Assembly (NCBI GenBank): GCA_044866315.1
Contig: JBIOTX010000195.1
Coordinates: 5,175-69,174, forward strand
Direction: 5' to 3'
DNA: 64,000 nucleotides
Origin: Thermoanaerobaculia bacterium
GTDB lineage: Bacteria > Acidobacteriota > Thermoanaerobaculia > Gp7-AA8
The stretch's first letter is position 1. Each line of letters opens with the position of its first letter. Position numbers and translations under genes: made by a program. This document shows, piece by piece, positions 42,709 through 52,624 of this stretch. The notes below the pieces were generated by a model. It saw only the letters and a program-made list of their open reading frames with translations. It had not been told where the DNA came from and did not search any database.

Positions 42709-43907
42709 AGCTCGGTTCCTTTCGTCTCCGGGAGGAGCCAGATCAGGATCGCCCCCAGGGCGAAAAAGGCGGCGTCGCAGGCGATGGAGAAGCCGAGGCC
42801 GTACTTGGTCGCCGCGGCGCCGATGGCGTACGGCGCGGCCGCGCCGGCGAGGCGGCCGGCGTTGTAGCAGAAGCCCTGCGCGCTGGCGCGGATGCGCGTG
42901 GGGAAGAGCTCCGCGAGCATGGCCCCGAACAGGGAGAAGTAGCCGTGGGCGAAGTAGCCGACGAGCGGGCCGACGAAGAGCAGGGTCATGGGCGAGCGCG
43001 CGCCGAAGGCGAAGATGGGAACGACGGCCGTCGCGCCGATCATGAAGAGCGTGAATGCAGGACGGCGGCCGATCCGGTCGGCGATCCAGCCGAAGCTGAT
43101 GTAGCCGAGGAACGCGCCGAGCTGGAGGAGCATCAGCCAGGTCGCGGACTTGGTGATGGTCAGTCCCGCGCCGCCCTTCTCGACCGGGGAGGCGAGAAAC
43201 GCGGGGAGCCACGAGGTCACGCCCCAGTAGGCCACGAGCACACACGCGGCGACGAGCGTGGCCAGGAGGGTGCGCCGGCGGAACTCGGCGGAGAAGATCT
43301 CGCTCCAGCGCGACTCGGTCCGCTCGCGCTCGCGCCAGAGCGGCGGCTCTTCGACCGTGCGGCGGATGATGAAGGCGGCGACGGCCGGAGTCGCGCCGAC
43401 CAGGAAGAGCACGCGCCAGCCGAAGCGCTCGAGGAGCAGCGCCGACAGGCCGTAGGCGATGACCGCGCCGATGGCCCACCCGGACTGCATGATGCCCATG
43501 GCCTTGGCGCGATGCTTGGCCGGCCAGGTCTCGGCCACGAGCACGGAGCCGCACGACCACTCCCCGCCCATGCCCAGGCCCACCAGGATGCGCCAGGCGA
43601 TGAGATGCCAGAGCTCCGTCGCCGTGGCCAGCCCGGCCGTCGCGACGGAGTAGAGAAGGATGCTCCAGGTCATGGCCTTGACCCGGCCGATGCGGTCGGC
43701 CAGGCGTCCGAAGACGATCCCGCCGACCGCGGCGGCGAAGAGCGTCGCCGACAGCGGAAGGGCGACTTCTCTCGAAGTGAGGCCGAGCTCCTTCTGGATG
43801 GGAACGACGGCGATGGTGAACAGGAGCACGTCCATCGCGTCGAGCATCCACCCGAGCTGCGCGGCGAAGAGGGCCCGCCACGCGCGGCGGTCGACGTCGG
43901 CGAACAT
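42705..43907 (-). CDS. MFS transporter (organic acid/sialate-like)
   Basis: GWMLDAMD, FGRLADRIGR, GMGGEW and ELFPTRIR. Confidence 0.9.
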   Translation of the reverse strand: MFADVDRRAWRALFAAQLGWMLDAMDVLLFTIAVVPIQKELGLTSREVALPLSATLFAAAVGGIVFGRLADRIGRVKAMTWSILLYSVATAGLATATELWHLIAWRILVGLGMGGEWSCGSVLVAETWPAKHRAKAMGIMQSGWAIGAVIAYGLSALLLERFGWRVLFLVGATPAVAAFIIRRTVEEPPLWRERERTESRWSEIFSAEFRRRTLLATLVAACVLVAYWGVTSWLPAFLASPVEKGGAGLTITKSATWLMLLQLGAFLGYISFGWIADRIGRRPAFTLFMIGATAVVPIFAFGARSPMTLLFVGPLVGYFAHGYFSLFGAMLAELFPTRIRASAQGFCYNAGRLAGAAAPYAIGAAATKYGLGFSIACDAAFFALGAILIWLLPETKGTEL

Positions 43908-43927
43908 GCGCCGGGATTATGAACGAA

Positions 43928-45427
43928 TCAGAAGCAGCTCTTGGTCCGTCCTTCTCCCTGGTTAGCGTCGTCCCACACCCGGAAGTCGACCGTGTACGGG
44001 CCGTCGTATTTGTAGGTATAGGTGAACGAGCCGCAGGTCGTGTGTGTGACCGGCCGGTTCCAGTTGTCGTAGTCGATGATCCAGGTGCACCGCGTCACGG
44101 CGAAGTCGTCGCTGGTGGTGGTGAAGGTGCAGGTGCGCGTGCCGTTGCAACTGCAGACGAAGTCGCCGGTGGGAGGGTTGTCGATCTCCATGCCGCCGGG
44201 CGTGACGAAGAGCAGGCGGTTGGGCGAGGTGCCGGTGAGACGGCTGGAGGTGGCGTTGTTGAGAAGATGGCTTGTCACCGTGGCCGGCGACGCGGCAGTG
44301 TTGGTCTCGAGATAGAGCGCAGCCGCGCCGGAGACGAGGGGCGCGGAGGCGGACGTGCCGTCGAAGGGGCCGGGCAGGCCCTTGCCGGGAGCGAAGAGAT
44401 CGACGCATGTCCCGGTGTTGCTCGACTCGGTGGAGGAGAAGATCGCCCGGGCGTCGTTGATATCCGATGCACCGACGGTGATGGACTGCGGCACCTTCGC
44501 CGGCGAGACCGTACAGGCGTCGCCGCCGCTGTTCCCCGCCGCCGTGACGACGGTGACGCCGGCGTTGTACATCCCGAGCATGGCGCTGTCGTACGCCGAC
44601 GAGTTGGGATAGCCGAAGCTGAGGTTGGCCACCGCCGGGCGGACGCGGTTCTGGGCCACCCAGTTCATGCCGGTGATGACGTCGGAGTCGATGAGATAGC
44701 AGGCGCCGGTGCTGAAGAGCTTCGGGCCGCCCGGACGGCTTCCGTCACCCGACCCGCCTCAGCCGCAGATCGATCCGATCCGCACGTTGTACAGCTTCGC
44801 GCCCTTGGCCACGCCGGACGTCGCGCCGCCAGCCAGCTTGGCCACCTTCGTCCCGTGGCCGTTGCAATCGGCGAAGCGCGGAGCCCCGGCCTCGTCGGTG
44901 ATGGCCGTAAAGGCGTCGACCTTGCGCGTGCCGAATTCCGCGTCGTTGCTGATGCCGGTGTCGAGGATGTAGACGTTCACTCCCACGCCGGTGGTGTTGT
45001 AGGTGAAGTAATTGTTCATCGGCCGGTCCAGCTCGGCCATGCGGTCGAGGCCCCAGTGCGGAACGGACTGCGTGGCGAACAGCTCGCCGCCGTAGGCATC
45101 CTGTTCGACGGTGAGCACGCGCGGGTCGCGCGCCAGCTCGCGCGCGGCGGCCTCGTCGCCGAGGAACACGAAGCCCTGGAGGGCGTGCTCCCAGATCTTC
45201 TCGACGCCTCCGCGGTGGGCGATCGAGAGACGGTGGGCCTGTTCGGCGACGGACATGCCCGGCACGGCCTGCGCGCCGAGCGGCGTCACGGCGTCGGACC
45301 TGAGCTGCACTATGTAGCGGCCGGGAATGGCCCGCTTCGGAATTCTGAAATCGCCGGCCATGGCCGGCACGGCCACGAGGAGAAGTGCGAAAGCGGCGGT
45401 GAGGGAGCTGCTCTGTCTGCGGTTCAT
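43928..45427 (-). pseudogene. S8 subtilase (I9 propeptide, catalytic domain, C-terminal beta domain) split by an in-frame TGA at 44759-44761
   Basis: Signal peptide; ILDTG, DCNGHGT, AAGN and GTSAS; both halves in the same frame. Confidence 0.8.
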
Positions 45428-45686
45428 CGCGCAGACGGTAGAGATGCGCGCAGGGGCGGTCGAAGGAATTGTGATGATCCGGTCGCGCCAACGCGTGACG
45501 GTCTGCCATCGGACGTCAGCCGCACACGGCGGTCAACGTCGGCGAACATGTGCCGGTTATGGCGCGAACGGAGCCGTCGACGAGAAGGACGGAGGGGACG
45601 GCGCGGAAATCCTGCATGAATCGTCCGTCCAACGGGTAGGGAAAGTCTTCGCTGTGCAACTCCTGTGATGGGTCATCATCCAAACG

Positions 45687-46871
45687 GTGGAGGTTCATCT
45701 GTTGCGGGACGGACGAAAAGTCGTGTTCCTTCTCCACGGCGTCGACCCCGATCTCGACGAGCGGGGGGTGCCTGCCTGGTACGCGCCGGTGCGGCGCGAG
45801 CTGGAGGCGTTCTACGATGTGGTGGAGCTCCGCTACAGGCGGTATGACCGGTTCGGCAAGGTCCTCCTGACGACGTTCGGTGGCGCACCGATCGCGGCGA
45901 TTCTCATCGCGGCCTTCCTGCTCTTGCTCGGCCGCACTTCCGTGGTGGCCGTTGCCTCTGCAATTGCGGTTTTGCTGATTGGATGTCTCGCCTGCGCGGT
46001 GGAGCTCTTCCGGCGCAATGCATCGAGCCGTGAGGTCGCCGGTCAGTTGGGCAACGGCGCAGCGAGAAGAGAGAATCATCTGATAGCCCACAGCTTCGGG
46101 ACGTTCCTGTTTCCGCGGGCGGCTCGGCGCGCACCCGTTCCGCTGCAGCACGTCATCCTGACTGGCTGCGTGCTCTCACGACGGTTCGACTGGGAAGCGT
46201 TCTGGCACCATCGCGGAGACGGCGTGCGCCTGTTTCAGCACGTTCGCAACGAGTGCAGCACCGGCGACCGCATCGCCCGATGGGCCGGTCTGGCCACGCT
46301 CCTGACCGGCCTCGGAGATGCAGGGGCGCGAGGGTTCCTATCTTCGGACCGACCCGGTGCGCCATCGGTGCACAACGTCAACGGCCCGTGGGGACCATGC
46401 CGCGCGGCTTCCGCGGCCTGTCGCAAACCGCCGGTGATTCACAATCTGGTCCTCCATGCTTATGGCCATGACGGCGTATTTTTGTCCGGAGTGCACGCCC
46501 GCAATCTGTGGCTACCCACGTTCTGGTCGTATGATCCGCTCGCCTTCAGCGAATTCGTGATCCGATGCGGAGAGATTCTGGAGCAGCAGGAGCAGCACTA
46601 TTCGGTGCGAGAAATGTACGACGCGCTGGCTGACGAGCCTTTCCCGTGGTTTTCGATGGACTCCTCCGCGCCAAAGTCGATCCGCGCGGTCGTAGAAGGC
46701 GAAGCCGGCGCGAGAGGTCTCGCCGTCACCCCGGATCGACTTGCGCTGATCACCCAACGCACGTGCGAGTCGATGGTGGTGGCTTGGCAGCAGCCGGACA
46801 TCGAAGGACGAATGCTGGCCTACCCGCGTCAGGCCCTCGGCTGGTCCATGAAGAAGGTTCTGGAATTTTGA
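45687..46871 (+). CDS. membrane-anchored alpha/beta-hydrolase-like protein
   Basis: LLHG, two TMs, IAHSFGT elbow, later D and H candidates; TGATG coupling to the sigma gene. Confidence 0.65.
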   Translation: MEVHLLRDGRKVVFLLHGVDPDLDERGVPAWYAPVRRELEAFYDVVELRYRRYDRFGKVLLTTFGGAPIAAILIAAFLLLLGRTSVVAVASAIAVLLIGCLACAVELFRRNASSREVAGQLGNGAARRENHLIAHSFGTFLFPRAARRAPVPLQHVILTGCVLSRRFDWEAFWHHRGDGVRLFQHVRNECSTGDRIARWAGLATLLTGLGDAGARGFLSSDRPGAPSVHNVNGPWGPCRAASAACRKPPVIHNLVLHAYGHDGVFLSGVHARNLWLPTFWSYDPLAFSEFVIRCGEILEQQEQHYSVREMYDALADEPFPWFSMDSSAPKSIRAVVEGEAGARGLAVTPDRLALITQRTCESMVVAWQQPDIEGRMLAYPRQALGWSMKKVLEF

Positions 46872-47437
46872 TGGGCGAATCCGGCGGCGACGACCTCGAG
46901 GAGGCGCTCGCCCGTCTGGCCGAATTCCCTGGCGACCAAGAGGCGTGGGCGACGATCTACCGCCGGACGGCACCGTTCATTTTGTCGATCACGTTTCGGA
47001 TGATGCAGGACTTTAGCGCGGCGGAAGACGTGGCCCAGGAAACGTTCCTCCGCGTCGCCCACTATTATCCGTTCCACCGCCGTTTCGAGCCGAAGATCTT
47101 CAAGATCTACATCGCCCAGATCGCGCGGAACGCGGCGCTTGACGCCCGGCGCAAGCACGCACGGGTGCCCCAGACCGGGTTGGAAGAGGCGACGGAAAGG
47201 GCCGATCCCGGTCCCGAGCCGGGGGCGGAGGCGCAGGTGGCCAGTACCTTGGCCTGGCTTGAGCAGCGGTTGACGGCTCAGGAGGCCGAGCTGTTCCGCC
47301 AGCTCATCGCCGAGGTGCCGCGGCCTCTGTCGGAGATTGCCGATGGGCTCGGCGTTTCCTACAATGCGGCCGGGGTGCGCCTGCATCGGCTTCGGAGGCG
47401 GATTGGCAAACTCCTCGGTATCCGAGTAAAGTCATGA
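46871..47437 (+). CDS. ECF sigma factor
   Basis: AEDVAQETFL, IARNAALD and EIADGLGVS....VRLHRLRRR. Confidence 0.88.
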   Translation: MGESGGDDLEEALARLAEFPGDQEAWATIYRRTAPFILSITFRMMQDFSAAEDVAQETFLRVAHYYPFHRRFEPKIFKIYIAQIARNAALDARRKHARVPQTGLEEATERADPGPEPGAEAQVASTLAWLEQRLTAQEAELFRQLIAEVPRPLSEIADGLGVSYNAAGVRLHRLRRRIGKLLGIRVKS

Positions 47438-47562
47438 CAGCCGCGGCTGTTTTGTATGGTAAGACGCCTCCCCAGGGGTCCTCGTCTCAAACATTTTTTC
47501 GAAACCCTGCGTAAAACCAGGTTGTTGGCCCGGGTTTGGTAGGTCTCAGGAGGTGTGACGTG

Positions 47563-47988
47563 ATGATGAGTGACGCTGAAAAGGTGTCCGACATTCTGGC
47601 CCGTCTGCAGGCCGTCGACCGGATGGTGCTTCCGCAGCGCATTCACGATTTCGCGAATGCCTCCGCCGCCGAGCTCACCCCGGAGTGCATCGAGCCCTAC
47701 GAGCTGGCAGAGGTCGGGCGCTTCCACGAGCTGCCTCCGGCGCGCCAGAAGCACGTCCTCTCCTGCACGCTTTGCGCGCTGGTCGTGGGCGTTGAAAGGA
47801 CAGGCACGCCCGGCATCGCCGCCTCGGAGAACGTCGCCGCAACCGCAGCGGTCGCGCGCACTGCAGCGCGCCGGCCCTGGACCATCGCCGCCATTGTAGC
47901 TGCCATCGCCGTCGGTATCGCGACCGTCTTCGCCACGGGCGTGAAGTTGTTTGATCGCCTCAGCCTGCGAGTCGTCGCGCGCCGGTAA
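47563..47988 (+). CDS. putative zinc-finger (ZAS-like) anti-sigma with one TM
   Basis: AGGAGG RBS; C...HVLSCTLC (HxxxCxxC); C-terminal TM. Confidence 0.65.
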   Translation: MMSDAEKVSDILARLQAVDRMVLPQRIHDFANASAAELTPECIEPYELAEVGRFHELPPARQKHVLSCTLCALVVGVERTGTPGIAASENVAATAAVARTAARRPWTIAAIVAAIAVGIATVFATGVKLFDRLSLRVVARR

Positions 47989-48303
47989 TCCCCTCACTCG
48001 CGATACCTGACCTCTCCAATCCGCATCGAGTGCAGCCTCGGCTGCGACTCCTCTGTTCGCCGAATTGTGACGGTCTGCTCCGTAAAGACTGACGCTCCCT
48101 CAAAGTTTTTGAATGTATAGCCGCGGACGGTCGACGCAGACGCGCGCCGCCGCCAGCTATCGAACTCTCACGCGATCCGGTTGGACGTTCGGAGTCGCTG
48201 ATTCGAGACCCTGGGAAGCTCGTTCGGCGCTCTATCCGTGAGCCTCTCGCGTCGAGCCCATTTGATCGAAGCCATGGGAGACGTGTGTCTGCAGGAGGCC
48301 GCA

Positions 48304-49224
48304 ATGAAAGTTCCGGACGAGAACGCCGCACCGGACGTCCTTGAGTCAGCTGCAAGCGAAGGGAAATGGGACATGGTCATACCAGAGCGATACAAGACGC
48401 AGCGTAATCAATCGCGAATCTTCACCTTCACCTGCGAACGCCTGGCCGCGCGATTGCCCGGCCAGGGCATCGATCGCGCGCGACTGGCGGACTACATTGA
48501 GTACGCGCTCGAGCTGATCGAGCGTTCGGTCCGCACCGACGCGCGGCGTCGACCTCCGAAGGATCAGTGGTCCCGGCCGATCGTGGCCGTGCTCGAAACG
48601 GCCTACCTGCTCGATCGCGAGGAACTGCGTCTCAAATTCCTGAGCGCCGCCAAGCTCGGAGCCCAGCTGATCCCGTGGCTGGACGAGGAAGACCTCCGGT
48701 CGTCGGCGACCAGTCGCGTGCTGGCCTACGCGGCGAATCCGATCAATCCGCCGCTTCGGAGAGTGGAGGGGCTGTTTTTCACGGCGGCCCGCAATCTCTT
48801 CCGCGACCTGTTGCGCAAGGAACGGCGCGAGCAGGAAGCGGCCAGGGAGATGATTCGGCGCGCCGCCTTGCGCGAGCGCGAGGGCGAGCAGGAAGAGGCG
48901 CGGCCGGAGCTGCAATTCCCGCCGGACGAGGTTCGCCGCGCCCTGATCCCCTTCAGTCTCAACAAACTTCGCCAGCAGAGGCGTAGCCGGCGCACGCGTC
49001 GCCAAGCCGCACAGCGCGTGCGCGGATTCGCCATGACCGTGACGATGATGATCCCCCAGCCGCAGCTGTCGCGGGACGAGTGTCGGCTCATGGCCATCCG
49101 GCGCGCCGCCGCGATCAACCACCGCACCGGAAAAACGGCCGTTCTCGTTCCGCCGCGGGCGACGTTCTACGCCTGGCTGGACGAATTGAACGCGCGCGTC
49201 AAGCGCGCGCACGGGGTGGCGTGA
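48304..49224 (+). CDS. divergent sigma-region-2-like protein A
   Basis: GGAGG RBS; DEEDL...LFFTAARNLFRDLLRK; C-terminal PRATFYAW. Confidence 0.7.
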   Translation: MKVPDENAAPDVLESAASEGKWDMVIPERYKTQRNQSRIFTFTCERLAARLPGQGIDRARLADYIEYALELIERSVRTDARRRPPKDQWSRPIVAVLETAYLLDREELRLKFLSAAKLGAQLIPWLDEEDLRSSATSRVLAYAANPINPPLRRVEGLFFTAARNLFRDLLRKERREQEAAREMIRRAALREREGEQEEARPELQFPPDEVRRALIPFSLNKLRQQRRSRRTRRQAAQRVRGFAMTVTMMIPQPQLSRDECRLMAIRRAAAINHRTGKTAVLVPPRATFYAWLDELNARVKRAHGVA

Positions 49225-49322
49225 GAACGTGACCGAGTTCGGGAGAGAACCGCCGATTCCGCGTCTATAGAACAAATGAACCAACAGGTAATCCTCCAAG
49301 CAACACCTCGAAAGGAAATCTT

Positions 49323-50210
49323 ATGTGTCCCGACGAATACCGGTCCGTGGCTGCCCAGCGAATGATCAAGTGTCAGGCCCTGATGCAGATCGTAGCATCG
49401 GGCGAGAACGCCTTGATGGCGGACGTAGACTCCGAGCTCGAGCCGCTGATGCCGTTCGCAATGTCCCTCGTCGACGAGAACGGGAAAGAGCCCCCAGACG
49501 GCCAATGGCCCGACTTCCTCGTCTACGTCGCCACGTCCATCTACCGGCTCACTCGTCCGGCCCTGCGCCAGCGGTTCATCGTCGCCGTGCATCACGGCCT
49601 GTTTGCGTCCACCACCAACAACAACGTACCCATCGATGAGGAGGACTTATGGAGCATGTCACTGGCCACGGTCATGAAGCGCATCGCCGATCCCACACGC
49701 GAGCCTGTTCGGGAGCCGGACAAATTCCTCTTCAAAACGGCGAAAAACATTTTTCAGAATGAGATCCGGAGGTTGAACCACGAACGCTCCGTAACCCAGG
49801 AGCTCATGGAGCGCTCCGCGCGCCGCGAACGGCGAAAGGAGTGGCTGCGCGCGCGCGGAATCGAGGACCTCGCGGTGGAGCTCGAAGAAGAACTGCCGCT
49901 GTTCGTAAACGACAAACTGAAACAGCAAACACGCAGTAAACGGACTCGTGCGGTCGCGGAGGCGAGGATCAAGGGATTCGCCATGGTCATCGAGATGGTC
50001 ATGCAGCATCCCGAGCGCTCGCTTGACGCCTGCCGCATTCGAGTGGAAAGGATCGCCGACAGAATCAACCGTTACGCTCCGACGACGTTCGCCATCGTTC
50101 CCGGGCGTTCTACGTTCTTCCGTTGGACGAACGAGCTCGTAGGCCGGATCCGATCGCGGGCCGAGCGGCGCGTCGTGTTCCCGTTTACCGAGCGAGCGGC
50201 AGGCTTCTGA
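49323..50210 (+). CDS. divergent sigma-region-2-like protein B, paralog of A
   Basis: AAAGGA RBS; DEEDL...FLFKTAKNIFQNEIRR; C-terminal GRSTFFRW. Confidence 0.75.
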   Translation: MCPDEYRSVAAQRMIKCQALMQIVASGENALMADVDSELEPLMPFAMSLVDENGKEPPDGQWPDFLVYVATSIYRLTRPALRQRFIVAVHHGLFASTTNNNVPIDEEDLWSMSLATVMKRIADPTREPVREPDKFLFKTAKNIFQNEIRRLNHERSVTQELMERSARRERRKEWLRARGIEDLAVELEEELPLFVNDKLKQQTRSKRTRAVAEARIKGFAMVIEMVMQHPERSLDACRIRVERIADRINRYAPTTFAIVPGRSTFFRWTNELVGRIRSRAERRVVFPFTERAAGF

Positions 50211-50229
50211 TCATCGACGATGAAAAAAC

Positions 50230-51045
50230 ATGAATAAAGACGACAATCGACACCATTGCCACCACCTCCCCAAATTTGCGCCGTCCAAAGCCGTTGGCCC
50301 CAATGAATTCGAACATGCCCTGGAGTGCAACGACTGTTGGGCGGCGCTCATCCGATGGATGGATGCGGAGGTGATCAACCTCCCGGAATCCGCCGACATC
50401 CGCGGCCGCGCCAAGCGCCTCGCCGGTGTCGCGGAGATCATGGCCACCATGGCCGCCGGAACCGGCCCGCTCGAAGGCGAGGAGGCCATCGCGAACGAAG
50501 TGTTCGACGACGCCACCCTCGACGACGTGCTCGAGGCCACGCAACACGAATCGAGACTGGTTCGCGGCCCCTGGCCTTCTCCTCGGACCCGCTCTCGCAG
50601 AAAGGAGACCCCATGCGCAAATGGAAAAATTGCCAGCTCGTCCTCGCCGGAATCCCTGGAGGGATGCACGACCGAAACATCCACCGAGGAGCGCAGCGAA
50701 GAGGGTGTTTGTCGGCGACGACGAATGAACGAATGCGAGCCACCACGAACAATGGCCCAGGCTGCTCATGCTGTGGGCCCTGTGAGTGTGGCGCTGCCAA
50801 ACGGTGCAATTGAGGCGATCAGGACCATCGTCAGCACCCTCGGGCTCGAAAAGATCGCCGCCGGCCTGTCCACGACCACAGCCGAGACGAACGTCTGCAT
50901 GGCCGTCACCAGCCACAGCACGGCCCGCCTGTGCGAAAGCTGCGCGCTCCGGGGACAATGCCGGCTCGCCTCGGTCCCTCACCTGGGCGTGAGCTTCTGT
51001 GTCCCGCTCAGCGACGGTCACTTCGCGGAGCAATCAGTCCATTGA
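50230..51045 (+). CDS. Cys-rich protein with N-terminal ZAS-like motif (may be more than one gene)
   Basis: C...HALECNDC at the N-terminus; CESC.....C near the C-terminus; internal RBS at 50601. Confidence 0.5.
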   Translation: MNKDDNRHHCHHLPKFAPSKAVGPNEFEHALECNDCWAALIRWMDAEVINLPESADIRGRAKRLAGVAEIMATMAAGTGPLEGEEAIANEVFDDATLDDVLEATQHESRLVRGPWPSPRTRSRRKETPCANGKIASSSSPESLEGCTTETSTEERSEEGVCRRRRMNECEPPRTMAQAAHAVGPVSVALPNGAIEAIRTIVSTLGLEKIAAGLSTTTAETNVCMAVTSHSTARLCESCALRGQCRLASVPHLGVSFCVPLSDGHFAEQSVH

Positions 51046-51056
51046 TTCGAAGAGAT

Positions 51057-51085
51057 AGACTGCCGGTCCTAAGGGCCGGCAGTCT
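51057..51085. terminator. hairpin between convergent genes
   Basis: AGACTGCCGGTCC / GGGCCGGCAGTCT inverted repeat. Confidence 0.6.
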
Positions 51086-51091
51086 GCCGCG

Positions 51092-52468
51092 CTATCCCTT
51101 CACGCGCTGCAGGAGAAACGTCTCCATCCCCACGTCCACCGGCAGCCCGCCCGACTTGCGCTTGACGTCGAGGTCGGCGACGTCGGCGAGGGCGCGGAAG
51201 AGATCCGCCTCGCTGAAGGTGCGCGCGGCTTCCCACTTCTTGTGCAGGGGGAAGGGGTGGGGGCGCTGGCGCACGAGGCCGTGCTGTTTGAGGTAGTCGC
51301 CGAGCTTGTCGGCGATGGCGTCCTTGAAGCGGTTGTACGGCATGGAGGCCTTGAGATTGACGTTCTGCATGCGCGCCCAGGAGTGGATGCCGATCATCTG
51401 GCGGATCTCTTCGGCCAGGGGAAAGAGGAAGCGGCCGTAGTGGATCTCCGCCGATGCCTTCGCGTCTTCGCGGCGGGCCTGGGCGACGAGGTCGCGCAGC
51501 TTCGCCACGGCCTCGATGATCTTCCCCTCGGTGAAGAGCGATCCGAGCTCGTAGCGCGCGCCGCCTTCGATGGCGGAGATCTCGCGCTCGACCATGTCCG
51601 CGGTGATGCGCCCGCCGCTGCCCGCCAGCGTGGCCAGGCGCTCGGCCTCGGAGACGGCCAGGCGGAGGTCGGGGACGTCGCGCGAGAACTTGTCGGCGAG
51701 CATGCGCTCGATGCCGAGGCGCTGGCGCAGGCGAGCGACGGCATTCGCGTCGAACTTCACGCCGGCCTCGGAGGCCACCTGGGCGATGGCCTGCTCGAGC
51801 GCGGCGGCGAAGCCCTCGCGGGTGAGATCGGCGACGACGACCGCGCCCTGCTTGTCGATCAGCTCCGTCGTGGCGGAGTCGCGCGGCACCTCGCCGGTGC
51901 GCATGAGGAGGATCGTGCCGGGCGCGCCGCCTCGGGCGATCGCTTCCATCAGCAGCGCGGCGTCATCCTCGCCGCGGCCGGCTTTCTTGCCGGTGGCGCG
52001 GCAGAAGGCGAGCATGTCCGCGAGCGTGCTGTCGGCGACGCCGAGGGCGTCGGCGATGGCGCGGTCGGTCATGTCCAGGTCAGCGCCGGCGAGGCCGAGG
52101 ACGTGGAGAAGCTTGGCCGCGGCGGAGGCGCGCTTGCGGTCGGTCTTGGCGCTCTTCCAGTCGGCGACGGCCTTCTCGTACAGCGAAGCGATCTCCTTCG
52201 CCGACACGAAGGCGTTGACCTCGGGGACGATGACGAGGCGCGCCCCGCCGAAGAGGGACATGGTGCGGTAGGAGTCGAGGATGGCGCCGAGGTCGGCGCC
52301 GGGCTCGTAGGTCTCGACGTTGATCGAGGGAGTCCTGGCGACGATGGCGTCGCGGATGTCGTGGAAGGCGCGCTCGGAGAGGAAGTCGGACGAGCCGCCG
52401 ACGAGAAGGACGCGCGGAGGAGTGCCCTTTTCGATTTGGGCGAGGATCGAAGTCAGCGGCTTCGGCAT
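51092..52468 (-). CDS. holA: DNA polymerase III delta subunit-like
   Basis: TMSLFGG.RLV.V, E.ERL.T and D...KSG; longer than typical. Confidence 0.75.
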   Translation of the reverse strand: MPKPLTSILAQIEKGTPPRVLLVGGSSDFLSERAFHDIRDAIVARTPSINVETYEPGADLGAILDSYRTMSLFGGARLVIVPEVNAFVSAKEIASLYEKAVADWKSAKTDRKRASAAAKLLHVLGLAGADLDMTDRAIADALGVADSTLADMLAFCRATGKKAGRGEDDAALLMEAIARGGAPGTILLMRTGEVPRDSATTELIDKQGAVVVADLTREGFAAALEQAIAQVASEAGVKFDANAVARLRQRLGIERMLADKFSRDVPDLRLAVSEAERLATLAGSGGRITADMVEREISAIEGGARYELGSLFTEGKIIEAVAKLRDLVAQARREDAKASAEIHYGRFLFPLAEEIRQMIGIHSWARMQNVNLKASMPYNRFKDAIADKLGDYLKQHGLVRQRPHPFPLHKKWEAARTFSEADLFRALADVADLDVKRKSGGLPVDVGMETFLLQRVKG

Positions 52469-52475
52469 GGAGCGG

Positions 52476-52569
52476 ATGAAGGCAGAAGGCAGAAGGCAAA
52501 AGGCAAAAGGCAGAAATGATCCGCCGCCGTTCTGCCCTCTGCCTTCTGCCTTCTGCCTTCTGCCTTCAT
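52476..52569. repeat. inverted pair of 7-bp tandem repeats (GAAGGCA)n / (TGCCTTC)n
   Basis: Directly visible; forms a long hairpin between dksA-like and holA. Confidence 0.9.
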
Positions 52570-52624
52570 ATTGAAAAGGAGCGCCGAAGCGCTCCTCCTG
52601 CAAATCGGCGCACCGGCGATGGTG

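Noticed and set aside
45500-51050. formal mobile element around the sigma cluster
   Set aside because: Composition looks atypical, but no integrase, att sites or terminal repeats were found
52469-52603. N-terminal extension of holA
   Set aside because: It is the translation of the heptamer hairpin; ATG 52468 is the more plausible start
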